A stretch of DNA of 64,000 bases, taken from Chlamydiota bacterium. Its GTDB lineage: Bacteria; Chlamydiota; Chlamydiia; Chlamydiales; RGXB01. Location: positions 64,001-128,000 of the forward strand of contig CANLTW010000002.1 in the NCBI GenBank assembly GCA_947494155.1. Direction: 5' to 3'. Positions 31,649 through 41,525 of this stretch are shown piece by piece (within the stretch, counting starts at the first letter, position 1; the number at the start of each line of letters is the position of its first letter). The translations under genes and the position numbers were made by a program. The notes below the pieces were generated by a model. The model was not told the origin of the DNA. It worked only from the letters and a program-made list of their open reading frames with translations, and ran no database searches.

Positions 31649-33042
31649 GGATGTCTCTTTTTAACTTTTGTTCCGTTCGTTACATCTTCTAATTCGTACC
31701 CCAAAGCGGCAATCTCGTTACGCAGTCTATCCGCATCTTGGAATTTACGCTCTTTTCGTGCCAGCTGACGCGCCTCAACAAGCTCCAAAATTTTCGCAGG
31801 AACGCTCTCTTGCTCTCTCTTAAGACAGGCCAAAATTTGATCGAGCTTATCTATTAAAGAGAGGATTTTTTTCACAGCATGCTGACTCCATCTTTTTTGA
31901 TCCAGCCCCTTATTGACGTCGCGGATCATATCAAACAAAATGGCAAAAGCTTTTGGGAAATTTAAATCCTGATTCAGAGCCTCGTAGAAAGCTTTTTCGG
32001 TCTGTTCAACAAAAAACTCCTCGTTGCCGAAACTCTCGCTGTTATTTAACCTTTCTATAAATTGGTCGATTCTATCGAGTGATTGACGCACACTATTCAG
32101 CCCATCAAGGGTAAAATTCAGAGGCATACGATAATGGGATTGTGCTATCAAAGCTCTAAGCTCACGACCGGTAAAGCCCTTATCCAACAGGTCTCTTAAT
32201 GTATAGAAATTCCCTAAACTCTTGGACATTTTCTTGCCGTCTACATGGAGATGCTCCACATGTAGCCAGTATTTTGAGAAGGGGGCATGGTTGCAGCACT
32301 CTGATTGAGCAATTTCGTTCTCGTGATGGGGAAATACAAGATCTACACCTCCACAGTGAATATCGATCGATGGGCCTAAAAAGTCTTGCGCCATAGCAGA
32401 GCACTCTATATGCCAGCCGGGTCTACCTCGACCAAAAGGGCTCTCCCAAAAAATAGGGCCATCCATTTTGGGATCATAAGCTTTCCAAAGGGCAAAATCG
32501 GATACGTTATCTTTGGTGTATTCATCTTGATGCACCCTCTCGCTTGCACCAGCAACTAAAGATTGCCTATCAATATGAGAGAGTTTGCCGTATTCTTTAA
32601 ATGCATGGACGCGAAAGTAGACGCTTTTATCCTCCGCCTGATAAGCATACCCCTTATCGATCAACTTCTGGATCATTAATACCATCGAGGGTATAGCATC
32701 GGTCGCTCTGGGAAAATGGGCAATCCCCTCCACATTGAGCGATTGGAGATCCTCAAAAAAAGCTTTGATATAGATGTCGGTGAACTCACGTAAAGGCATG
32801 TTTCGGTCATTGGCACCTTTCATTGTTTTGTCGTCCACATCGGTCAAATTCATGACCTGAATTACCGGCATCCCGTTAGCTTCAAGAACACGCCTTAATA
32901 GATCTTCGGTGATAAAAGTGCGGAAATTCCCGATGTGGGCGAACCCATAGACGGTAGGACCACATGTGTACATTTTTACTTTAGGCCCCATCGGTTGGAA
33001 AGCTTCGATCCTCCGAGTCAGGGTGTTGAACAAATATAACAT
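31615..33042 (-). CDS. cysS: Cysteine--tRNA ligase
   Basis: CGPTVY, HIGN, GRPGWHIECSAM, FPHHENE, KMSKS. Confidence 0.97.
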   Translation of the reverse strand: MLYLFNTLTRRIEAFQPMGPKVKMYTCGPTVYGFAHIGNFRTFITEDLLRRVLEANGMPVIQVMNLTDVDDKTMKGANDRNMPLREFTDIYIKAFFEDLQSLNVEGIAHFPRATDAIPSMVLMIQKLIDKGYAYQAEDKSVYFRVHAFKEYGKLSHIDRQSLVAGASERVHQDEYTKDNVSDFALWKAYDPKMDGPIFWESPFGRGRPGWHIECSAMAQDFLGPSIDIHCGGVDLVFPHHENEIAQSECCNHAPFSKYWLHVEHLHVDGKKMSKSLGNFYTLRDLLDKGFTGRELRALIAQSHYRMPLNFTLDGLNSVRQSLDRIDQFIERLNNSESFGNEEFFVEQTEKAFYEALNQDLNFPKAFAILFDMIRDVNKGLDQKRWSQHAVKKILSLIDKLDQILACLKREQESVPAKILELVEARQLARKERKFQDADRLRNEIAALGYELEDVTNGTKVKKRHPCNIQKNTVTD

Positions 33043-35774
33043 TAGGATATTTCCTTTTTAGCCAAGTCGGTTAACGCCCGAAGATGGACTTTACCCGAGC
33101 CAAGTAGCGGCATATCAGAGACTTTTACCACATGGTGCATTCTAAAATATTTAGGCAATCCCGACTTAAACAGGATTTTGTTGGCCTCATCGACAGTAGT
33201 ATCCACGATACTGATCAATACAAGTTCGGTTTTTTCTCCCTCTTTTTCAATAGGGATCACAACAAAGGGACTGTCAATTTTACGCATACCGGTAAACCAA
33301 CCCAAACCTTTTGCAGTATTAGTCAAAATCTCCTCTATCAGGGGCAAATTCACCATCTCGCCACCAACTTTGGTAAAACGTTTCAACCTCCCCTTTAGAA
33401 TTAGGTTCCCTTCGGCATCCAGTTGACCAAAATCTCCTGTACGATAATACGATTTCCCATTGATCAACACAAAAGGGGATTTGATATCTTTTTCAATATA
33501 CCCCTTAAAAATGGAGGGGCCCCGTGCCAATATCTCCCCGTCTTCCCCCTGAGGAAGAGGTTTTAAACTCTCTCTGTCGACAATAATCAATTCGACTTTG
33601 CTTAAGGCACGACCTACACCTATATGGTTCTCCTCCCTAAAACGCTGACCAGACAAAACAGGAGAACACTCGGTGATACCGTATCCTTCTAGTAGTTTTG
33701 CCTGAGGATTCATTTTATAAAGATGCTCAATCAGAGCTTTCGGCGCTTTTTCAGCCCCGGTAATGCATACCCTGAGCGATTGAAGCTGACCTGGTTCACT
33801 AGAGGCTAGAAGGTTTGCATAAAAGCTTGGTGTCAATGCCAAAAGATCGATATCCCAGGCTTGAATCTCCTGAGCGATTCTTGGGGAATCGGTCGGATCG
33901 GGGGAAAAGTAGACTCTGATACCACTCAGCATCGGAAGTAAGGTCATCACGGTAAGTCCAAAAGAATGAAACTGCGGTAAAGCATTTAGGAAGGATTTTG
34001 TCTCGAGGGGATAAATTACATCCTCAAGATCCTCGATGTTCGCAATCAAATTTTTATGCGACAGCGGTACCGATTTGGGGTGAGATTCTGTTCCACTTGT
34101 GCAAAGAACAACGGCATTCATCTCATCAGAAAGACTTTCGATCCCAAAATGAGCCAAAATAGACTTTGTGGGTTTAGAAGACAGTAGTAGAGCTTTTAAT
34201 TTGTCTAAAATTGAAATCCTTAGTTTAAGATTTTCGGCAAAAACTAAGAGGGGTTCTATAGCCCCCAATTCAATGTGGGCCACCCGATCTAGGAATTTAC
34301 GAGCTGTCAACACCGATTTAATAGACAGAGTATGAATCACGTGATCAGTGCTCCTGGATCCCGAAGTCCAGTTGATCATCACGGGAACTTTTCCAGCCAA
34401 CATCGTCGCGAAGATAATTAGTGTTGAGCCAACCGTTGCCGGAAGCATGACACCTACGTATCTCCCCTCAAGCTTACGGATCTTGCTTGCTAGAAGAATC
34501 GTCGCTATCAGCGCTTTTTTCCCAGTAAGAGTGGCAGTCTCATCTGCGATAATCTCTTTCCCTGCGAGACGTTTCATCCGCTCGACAAAACTTTCAGGAA
34601 TAGTTTTACCAAGCACCTCTAGTTTTTTTGTCCCCAAAACGCTTTTCTGTTTCCAGCCTCGCAGCATATCCTTTGACTGCATTTCACGCGCTTTAGGCAC
34701 TTTTTTTTGCAAAGCTACCAAAAAGAGGTCAAATACATGTACCAGATCCATTGAAGAGATCTTCTTATCAATACCGAATTTGAGATCCAAAAAGGTGATA
34801 AGATTAGATAAATCTAGAGAGTCGCAACCCAAATCAACGGCTAAATCTTGGTCGTCTTTGATTTGAACCTTGGGGCGACCAGTTATTTTACTAAGCTTGT
34901 TATAGATGACCTCTCGCATTTCTTGTGGAACTTCGACATCTCTATTTAAGGTTTGCGAGCTAAACACAAATGCTTTTGGAGTCGAACCCTTTTTATCCCA
35001 AAATAGATAAGGGACAAGTCTGGGTCTTTCTTGTAATTCGGTACCATCGGAATACTTGTACTGGTTGTACCAGCTCTCTAGATAGCGATTAAACTGAATT
35101 TTGCTTACTTGGTAGGGAAAATCGGCAGGCAGGGGCGAAAATTCTATTGTTATATCCCTTTTAGGCATGAAAAAAATTAAATTTTTGCACAACAGGACGA
35201 TAGACCTTTTTGCCGTTTCCCAGAAATTCGGAGAGTCTCCAATAATCGCTCTTGAAAATGAGCTGCCCCATAAACCGGTCGTTCTTACGAGAATCACCTC
35301 TAGATTAGGATCCTCTGAAAGCAATCTATGGACAAAAGACTTCCCCCCCAAATACTCTTTGCCAGATCTTTTGAGTCCACCCCCGGGATAGATGATCACC
35401 TTTTCTTTGCGATCTAGAGAGCGGCGAATATTTTGGTAAGCCAGCTCCCCTTGTCTTTCTTTCCACTCATTAACAACGAGCTCAAAATCGGGTATTGGTA
35501 CGACACGGATACACCTAAAAAGCCAGTTCACCCCTTTTTGGTAGTAAAATCGCTCATCCATAACCGGCTTTAACGATGCTATCTGCCCCAAAATAGAGTA
35601 GAGTAGCAATGGGTCGGTCATTGCCGGGTGATTAGGTAACACAACGACGGGTTTATTTGACTTCAAGATTTTTTTTATCTCATCCAATCCTTTTAATCGG
35701 ACGCGATAGCGAAGGCTAATCAGCCTCCTTAAAAGAAAGGATAGGATCCTGATAAAAATATCTCTTATCACCAT
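33042..35774 (-). CDS. aas: Aas-type acyltransferase / ACP / acyl-adenylation fusion, intact copy
   Basis: NHPAMTD (HX4D) and YPGG; ACP motif DLGCDSLD; CTSGTESHPK, GYGITE, YRTGD, GRLKRF, LLGSGK. Confidence 0.88.
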   Translation of the reverse strand: MVIRDIFIRILSFLLRRLISLRYRVRLKGLDEIKKILKSNKPVVVLPNHPAMTDPLLLYSILGQIASLKPVMDERFYYQKGVNWLFRCIRVVPIPDFELVVNEWKERQGELAYQNIRRSLDRKEKVIIYPGGGLKRSGKEYLGGKSFVHRLLSEDPNLEVILVRTTGLWGSSFSRAIIGDSPNFWETAKRSIVLLCKNLIFFMPKRDITIEFSPLPADFPYQVSKIQFNRYLESWYNQYKYSDGTELQERPRLVPYLFWDKKGSTPKAFVFSSQTLNRDVEVPQEMREVIYNKLSKITGRPKVQIKDDQDLAVDLGCDSLDLSNLITFLDLKFGIDKKISSMDLVHVFDLFLVALQKKVPKAREMQSKDMLRGWKQKSVLGTKKLEVLGKTIPESFVERMKRLAGKEIIADETATLTGKKALIATILLASKIRKLEGRYVGVMLPATVGSTLIIFATMLAGKVPVMINWTSGSRSTDHVIHTLSIKSVLTARKFLDRVAHIELGAIEPLLVFAENLKLRISILDKLKALLLSSKPTKSILAHFGIESLSDEMNAVVLCTSGTESHPKSVPLSHKNLIANIEDLEDVIYPLETKSFLNALPQFHSFGLTVMTLLPMLSGIRVYFSPDPTDSPRIAQEIQAWDIDLLALTPSFYANLLASSEPGQLQSLRVCITGAEKAPKALIEHLYKMNPQAKLLEGYGITECSPVLSGQRFREENHIGVGRALSKVELIIVDRESLKPLPQGEDGEILARGPSIFKGYIEKDIKSPFVLINGKSYYRTGDFGQLDAEGNLILKGRLKRFTKVGGEMVNLPLIEEILTNTAKGLGWFTGMRKIDSPFVVIPIEKEGEKTELVLISIVDTTVDEANKILFKSGLPKYFRMHHVVKVSDMPLLGSGKVHLRALTDLAKKEIS

Positions 35775-35815
35775 TAACCCCTTGAACTATGTGTAAAAAA
35801 AACTGATGGTATTCT

Positions 35816-35853
35816 AGCAAAATGGGGACTTCTTCTTCAAACCCCATTTTGCT
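35816..35853. other. Inverted repeat between the two aas copies
   Basis: AGCAAAATGGGG (35816-35827) / CCCCATTTTGCT (35842-35853); terminator or operator, function unknown. Confidence 0.5.
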
Positions 35854-35946
35854 GTAGCCCATTTTTAGCCTTTTTTCAAAAACCAAAAGAAAGGTTAAAT
35901 GACGAGAAAAATTTTAAATAATCAGTCCTGCTTTTTACCTCGACCA

Positions 35947-38706
35947 TCATAAGAACTCTCTATGCGCTAGCTCGGTTAAGGCCTTGACATCCGCATTACC
36001 ACTCGACAGCAATGGGATCTCTGTGACTTTTAATAGTCGGTGTAATCTACAGAAGTTAGGTAAAGCAGATTCTGCTATGATTTTGTTTACCTCATCTAAA
36101 GAAACGTCAAGTGAACTTATCAATACAAGATCGTTTTTTTTATCCTCTGTTTGGAGAGGAATTACAACAAACGAATTCCCTTTGTTTCCTAGAGCGCTTG
36201 ACCAACCCAACTCTTTAGCCTTGTAGGTCAAAAATTGCTCTATCATGGGCAATTTGACTAAATTGCCCGAGACCCTGGTTAAAGTATTTGCTCTCCTTTT
36301 ATTGTCAGTGATCAGATTTCCCTTCGTATCCAAATAACCAAAATACCCTGTTCGAAAAAAAGATTTACCATTTAAAATTACAAAAGGGGACTCTAATTTT
36401 TCATCAAGGTAACCGTTGAAAATTGAGGGACCATGCGCCAGTACTTCTCCTTCTACCCCTTGCGATACAGGCTTTAAATCTTGTGGGTCAACCACAATCA
36501 ATTCGACTCTTTTTAGAGCCCTTCCGAGACCTTTAGGCTTATGATCCTTGTGAGTTTGTGAAGTCAACACTGAAGTCTCTGTCGTCCCAAACCCAAGGTA
36601 AATTTTCGCTTTGGGATTGATCTTTTTTAGTTTATCTCTAACGGATTGCGTCGCATTTTCGCTTACTAAGAACCTAAGCGACACTAATTGAGCTGGCTCA
36701 CAGCAATTGAATAATTGTTTGTAGTGTTCTGAAACAGTCAAATCTAAGAAATCGATACCCCAGTCCTGAATCTGTTTAGCGAGAAAAGGATAATAGGTCA
36801 ATTCTTGCGAAAAAAAGACCCTCATTCCGTTCAAAATAGGAAGAAGGGTCGTAACTATCAACCCATTAGAGTAATAAAGTGCGGTGCAACACAGAAAGGT
36901 GGAGATTTCTTGAGATAACAATCTCTCCCCTAGATCTTCTATATTAACAATCAGGTTTTTGTGTGTAAGCGGAATAAATTTTGGTAGATGTTCGCTACTA
37001 CATTTACATAGCACAAGAGCGTTCACGTCCTCGGACAAACCGTCTAACCCAAAATGGCTCAAAATAGAGCTTGTGGATTTGGAGGCCAAAAGGTGGGCAT
37101 TTAACTTTTCAAAAATAGAAATATCTGTGTAAAAATCCTCTATCATAACTAGCAAAGGTTCTATATCCCCCAATTCAAAATGAGGTTCATGATCAAGAAA
37201 TTTGCGCGATGTGAATACCGATTTTATAGAGAGCATTCGCATCAATTCATCTGTGCTCGCATAACCGATATTCCAATTGATCAATACTGGAACTTTTCCG
37301 GCTAACATTGCAGCAAAAAGAATCAAGGATTCGTCGACACATGGTCGAAGTATTATCCCTATGTATTTACCCTCTATTTTACGGATCTTACCAGCTAAAA
37401 GAATCGTTGTGAAAAGCGTTTCTTTACCTGTAAGAGTAACTGTTTTATCTGCAACAATTTCTTTATCTGCTACAAGTTTCATCCGATGAATAAAAGCTTC
37501 AGGAATGGTTTTACCAAGCACCTCAAATCTTTTCGTTACAGCAATCACCTGCTCTTTCCAACCCCGAGACTTTTCTTTCGATAAGATTTCAATCACACAA
37601 GGTACTTTTTTATTTAGAGCGACTAGAAAAAGATCCTGCACATAGACAATATCTAAGGAACAGAATTTCGAACTAACAGGGAATTTTTGCTCCAAAAATA
37701 GGATCAAATTTGACAGGTCGATCGAGTCACAACCAAGATCAACGGCCAAATTCTGCTCAGGATGAATGTGCTCTTTTGGAAAACCTGTCATTTTACTGAG
37801 TTTGCTTAAGATCATCTCCCGCATATTTACCGGAACCTTAACATCTTTATCTAACGTCTTTGAACAAGATAGATAAGCTTTCGGGGTGGAACCCTTTTTA
37901 TCCCAAAATAAATAGGGAACAAGATTCGGTCTCTCCTCAGATTCGGTAGCGTCCTGATACTTATACTGGTTGTACCAACCCTCTAGGAACCGATTGAACT
38001 CCATTTTACTCTCTGGAATGGAAAAATCGGACGGAAGGCGATAAAATTCTATTGTTACATCTCTTTTAGGCATAAAAAAAATCAAATTTTTCCATAAAAG
38101 GAAAAAAGATTTTTTCAATGTTTCCCAGGAATCGGGAGTATTTCCTAAAATCCCATGCGAAAAAGAGCTTCCCCATAAACCGGTAGTTCTCACAAGAATG
38201 ACCTCGAGATCAATCTCCTCAGATAGCAACCTGTGTACAGCGGACTTTCCCCTTAAACTCTCTTGGCTCGAATTTTTTAATGTACCGCCAGGATAGATGA
38301 TCACCTTTTCTTTGCGATTTAGAGTTTTGAGAATCTCTTCGTAAGCCCTATCCCCTTGTCGGGCTTTCCACTCATTTACTATAACCTCGAAATCGGGAAC
38401 CGGTATAGCCTGGAGTAATCTGTAAATCCAGTACAACCCTTTTTGGGTAAAAAATTTTTCTACCATAACCGGTTTAAGTGATACTATCTGCCCGATAATT
38501 GAGTACAAAAGCCAGGTATCGGTCATGGCCGGATGATTGGGTAAAACCACCACAGGTTTATCTGATTTGAGGATTTTTTTTACCTCATCTAGCCCGTGCA
38601 AATGCACACGATAGCGAAGGCTAAACAACCTCCTCACTGTAAATGACAGAATCCGGATGCTAATATCTCTAATCACATCAAACCTTAACCTATTCTCTTC
38701 TTGCAA
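35947..38706 (-). CDS. Aas paralog with degenerate adenylation domain
   Basis: Collinear with 33042..35774. NHPAMTD and DLGCDSID kept; adenylation motifs changed to CKCSSEHLPK, FRTGY, LLSSGN. Start may be GTG at 38676. Confidence 0.85.
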   Translation of the reverse strand: MQEENRLRFDVIRDISIRILSFTVRRLFSLRYRVHLHGLDEVKKILKSDKPVVVLPNHPAMTDTWLLYSIIGQIVSLKPVMVEKFFTQKGLYWIYRLLQAIPVPDFEVIVNEWKARQGDRAYEEILKTLNRKEKVIIYPGGTLKNSSQESLRGKSAVHRLLSEEIDLEVILVRTTGLWGSSFSHGILGNTPDSWETLKKSFFLLWKNLIFFMPKRDVTIEFYRLPSDFSIPESKMEFNRFLEGWYNQYKYQDATESEERPNLVPYLFWDKKGSTPKAYLSCSKTLDKDVKVPVNMREMILSKLSKMTGFPKEHIHPEQNLAVDLGCDSIDLSNLILFLEQKFPVSSKFCSLDIVYVQDLFLVALNKKVPCVIEILSKEKSRGWKEQVIAVTKRFEVLGKTIPEAFIHRMKLVADKEIVADKTVTLTGKETLFTTILLAGKIRKIEGKYIGIILRPCVDESLILFAAMLAGKVPVLINWNIGYASTDELMRMLSIKSVFTSRKFLDHEPHFELGDIEPLLVMIEDFYTDISIFEKLNAHLLASKSTSSILSHFGLDGLSEDVNALVLCKCSSEHLPKFIPLTHKNLIVNIEDLGERLLSQEISTFLCCTALYYSNGLIVTTLLPILNGMRVFFSQELTYYPFLAKQIQDWGIDFLDLTVSEHYKQLFNCCEPAQLVSLRFLVSENATQSVRDKLKKINPKAKIYLGFGTTETSVLTSQTHKDHKPKGLGRALKRVELIVVDPQDLKPVSQGVEGEVLAHGPSIFNGYLDEKLESPFVILNGKSFFRTGYFGYLDTKGNLITDNKRRANTLTRVSGNLVKLPMIEQFLTYKAKELGWSSALGNKGNSFVVIPLQTEDKKNDLVLISSLDVSLDEVNKIIAESALPNFCRLHRLLKVTEIPLLSSGNADVKALTELAHREFL

Positions 38707-38815
38707 AAAAGGGTCTTTTTCTACAATTTTTTTTTAAAAGGGGTGGGGCAACCTCCTCATTTAAAATTTGCAAAAAATATTGACGCGAAGGGTTGTCGTA
38801 TTTTATGGGTGATTT

Positions 38816-39001
38816 ATGGACAAATCCTCTAAATTAGAGATGAAGAAACATTCTTTACCGGACAAAAATCCCCCCGAAGAGCATCAATTAAGCTTCCTCG
38901 AAGGTTTTGAGGATGAGATCCTGGCAAACATGTATCCTTGGGGTACAAGTTGTAAAAAAATCAAACGACTCATGAAAGATTTTTTAAAAAGAGTTGAATA
39001 A
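38816..39001 (+). CDS. Small hypothetical protein
   Basis: 61-aa ORF filling an intergenic gap; no motif. Confidence 0.35.
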   Translation: MDKSSKLEMKKHSLPDKNPPEEHQLSFLEGFEDEILANMYPWGTSCKKIKRLMKDFLKRVE

Positions 39002-39240
39002 AACAATAGATTTGTTTTAAAAAACACTTAGAGCTTTCCCCATATTTCTTGGATCTTCTAACGCTATGTGTTGTAGCATTAGCAAAATCTAGAGAAAAAA
39101 TGGGAAAAGAAAACAATATTTCTAGGGGAATTATGAAAATACAAAGTGCTTTTAGTCCTTCACAAATCGTGGAAAACTTGATGAATCAAAAAAATCTAAG
39201 ATTAAATATGCTCATCGCGAAAATCGCACAAAATATTCTT

Positions 39241-39771
39241 TTATCGTCCCCATCTCGCCCATAGTTTATGAGATTGAGAAAAAAGGACCGATTTTAAAAG
39301 GTCACCCGCAATAAAAGGGAAGAATCCCAATAGTAAACCTTTCTCAATTCCATAATACAGACTAACTCCAAAGGCGCCTAATAGATCTAGTAATAAAGAT
39401 AATAGAACAAAGGTGCCCGTCATACCTACTCCCCTGATCTTCATTTTTTCAGCCAGGTAAGCGACCACAAAATAGCCCATCAAATATCCTGATGTGGGGC
39501 CAAAAACCCCGAGAGAGAAACTTTTCAACGACGCAAGCAGGTGCGAATCTACAAAGCAACCTGTTAAAAATCCCACAAGGGCCATAGCGGTTCTTTTATA
39601 GCCAAAGCACCAGGCAAATAGCAAAACAAGCTGCGGTCTTAAAGCGACGGGTATGGGGGTGTAAGGGAGAAAAAACGAAATTTTTCCCAAGAAAGTAATA
39701 GCTAAGGCTAACGAGAGAATCAAAAAAAATTCTTTAGTAGCCCGTTTTTCTAGATAAATACTCTTTAGCAT
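39241..39771 (-). CDS. bioY: Biotin transporter BioY
   Basis: LPYTPIPVAL, FGPTSGYLMGY, PFIAGDLLK; hydrophobic protein. Confidence 0.88.
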   Translation of the reverse strand: MLKSIYLEKRATKEFFLILSLALAITFLGKISFFLPYTPIPVALRPQLVLLFAWCFGYKRTAMALVGFLTGCFVDSHLLASLKSFSLGVFGPTSGYLMGYFVVAYLAEKMKIRGVGMTGTFVLLSLLLDLLGAFGVSLYYGIEKGLLLGFFPFIAGDLLKSVLFSQSHKLWARWGR

Positions 39772-39773
39772 CT

Positions 39774-41048
39774 TTAATTTCCCTCATATTTTGTAAATAC
39801 CAATGAAACGTTGTGGCCCCCAAACCCAAAGGAGTTTTTCATTACAGCTCTCATCTGCTCCAAAGGTTTTACGGCAGCAATATTGGGGGTTAAATCAAAA
39901 TCTTTCACCTCATCAATGGGGTCGTCCAGATTGATTGTTGGGGGGATTTTCCCGGTCCTTAGGGCCATAATTGCCAAAATCGCCTCGAACGCACCCGATG
40001 CACCAAGGCTATGGCCGTGCATCGATTTTGTGGAGCTGATATTGAGAGTGCTTTCGCACCCCTTGAAAACGTTGGTTATTGCCAGCATTTCGCTGATATC
40101 TCCTTGGAAAGTGGAGGTCGCATGAGCGTTAATATAGCTTATATCCTGTGGTCTCAAATCTGCATCCTCTAAAGCAAGCTGCATAGCACGTATGGCGCTT
40201 GATGCTTTAAGATCGGGCAAAACAATATCAAAAGCATCGCAAGTAGTGGCTCCCCCTTTAAATTCAGCAAGAATTTTTGCGCCTCTTTTGAGCGCATGTT
40301 CATACGACTCTAAAACTAAAACAGCAGCCCCTGAACTCATCACAAAACCGCTGCGCTGTTTATCGAATGGTCTCGATGCCCCACTAGGTTCGCCGTCCCA
40401 ATGGGATAAAGCCCTGCATGCAAAAAAACCTGCAAAACCTGGAACACCCATCGCAGCTTCCGATCCGCCAGCCAAAATGAAATCGGCTTTACCTAACTCG
40501 ATCTGTTCTTTTGCCGCCAATAGGGCGTTGCTAGAGGTGGCGCAAGCTGTGGAAATATCATAACAAGGACCTTTGAGTCCATACTCGATTGCTACCCTTG
40601 CTCCAGCCATGTTCACGATCGAGTGGGCGATAAAAAATGGGCTGATTTTGTTGTATCCCTCAATCGTAAGATACATGTTGTTCTCAATCGTCGACAACCC
40701 CCCCATCCCCGATCCGATCAATACACCCCCTCGTGTTCTATCGATATTTTCCTCGAAAGGGAATAAAGAGGCGTTTTCTAAAGCGATTTGAGATGCGATT
40801 AGAGCATACTTCATGAACGGGTCAAGTCGTCTGATCTCTTTTTTCTCTATTTGGGGCAGATACTCCTCAATCGGGACTTCCACAGGGGCCGCACCCAAAG
40901 CTCTTTTAAAGGGTCTATCAGCAGGAAAGATTTGCAGTTCCTTAATGGCGCTTACTCCCCCAAGAATCTGTTCAAAAACCTCTTCTGTATTGCAACCATA
41001 CGGGGAGACTGTCCCCATTCCTGTAATAACAACCCGTCGTCTGCTCAC
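39774..41048 (-). CDS. fabF: 3-oxoacyl-ACP synthase II
   Basis: RRVVITGMG, STACATS, INAHATST, STKSMHGHSLGA, NSFGFGGHN. Confidence 0.96.
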   Translation of the reverse strand: MSRRRVVITGMGTVSPYGCNTEEVFEQILGGVSAIKELQIFPADRPFKRALGAAPVEVPIEEYLPQIEKKEIRRLDPFMKYALIASQIALENASLFPFEENIDRTRGGVLIGSGMGGLSTIENNMYLTIEGYNKISPFFIAHSIVNMAGARVAIEYGLKGPCYDISTACATSSNALLAAKEQIELGKADFILAGGSEAAMGVPGFAGFFACRALSHWDGEPSGASRPFDKQRSGFVMSSGAAVLVLESYEHALKRGAKILAEFKGGATTCDAFDIVLPDLKASSAIRAMQLALEDADLRPQDISYINAHATSTFQGDISEMLAITNVFKGCESTLNISSTKSMHGHSLGASGAFEAILAIMALRTGKIPPTINLDDPIDEVKDFDLTPNIAAVKPLEQMRAVMKNSFGFGGHNVSLVFTKYEGN

Positions 41049-41395
41049 TTGGCCTCGATTTTTAAATCCACAATTTTTCCCCCTTTCCAGAGAGATTCAA
41101 GGTCATAATACTCTCTTGTATCGGCTAAAAGAAGATGCACAATCAGCCCCACAAAGTCCAAAACAATCCATCTCCCCTCCTCGTAACCCTCGGCGTAGAC
41201 CGGTTTTTCTTTGAAAAGGCGCATTTGCTCTTCCACTTCGCGTGCTATCGCTTTAACGTGTTTGTCGACGTTTCCGGTTGCGATAATCACATAGTCGGAA
41301 ATTCCCGAAACGGACTTCACATCAAAACAGAGGATGTCGGTCCCTTTTTTATCATAAATTGCTTGAGCTACTAGTCGAAGTTTTTCTTGATCCAT
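41045..41395 (-). CDS. rsfS: Ribosome silencing factor
   Basis: DKKGTDI, DYVIIATG, WIVLDF, REYYDLESLW. Confidence 0.94.
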   Translation of the reverse strand: MDQEKLRLVAQAIYDKKGTDILCFDVKSVSGISDYVIIATGNVDKHVKAIAREVEEQMRLFKEKPVYAEGYEEGRWIVLDFVGLIVHLLLADTREYYDLESLWKGGKIVDLKIEAK

Positions 41396-41525
41396 ATGGG
41401 CATAGACTATACTCGCTTTCCCTTAAATCCGTCTATAGAGGTTTTTAAAAAAAAGGGAGAAAAGCGTTTTTTTAGAAATTTTTTTTAAAAGAATAGGGGA
41501 ATAACACCCCCCAAAATCGATAAAA

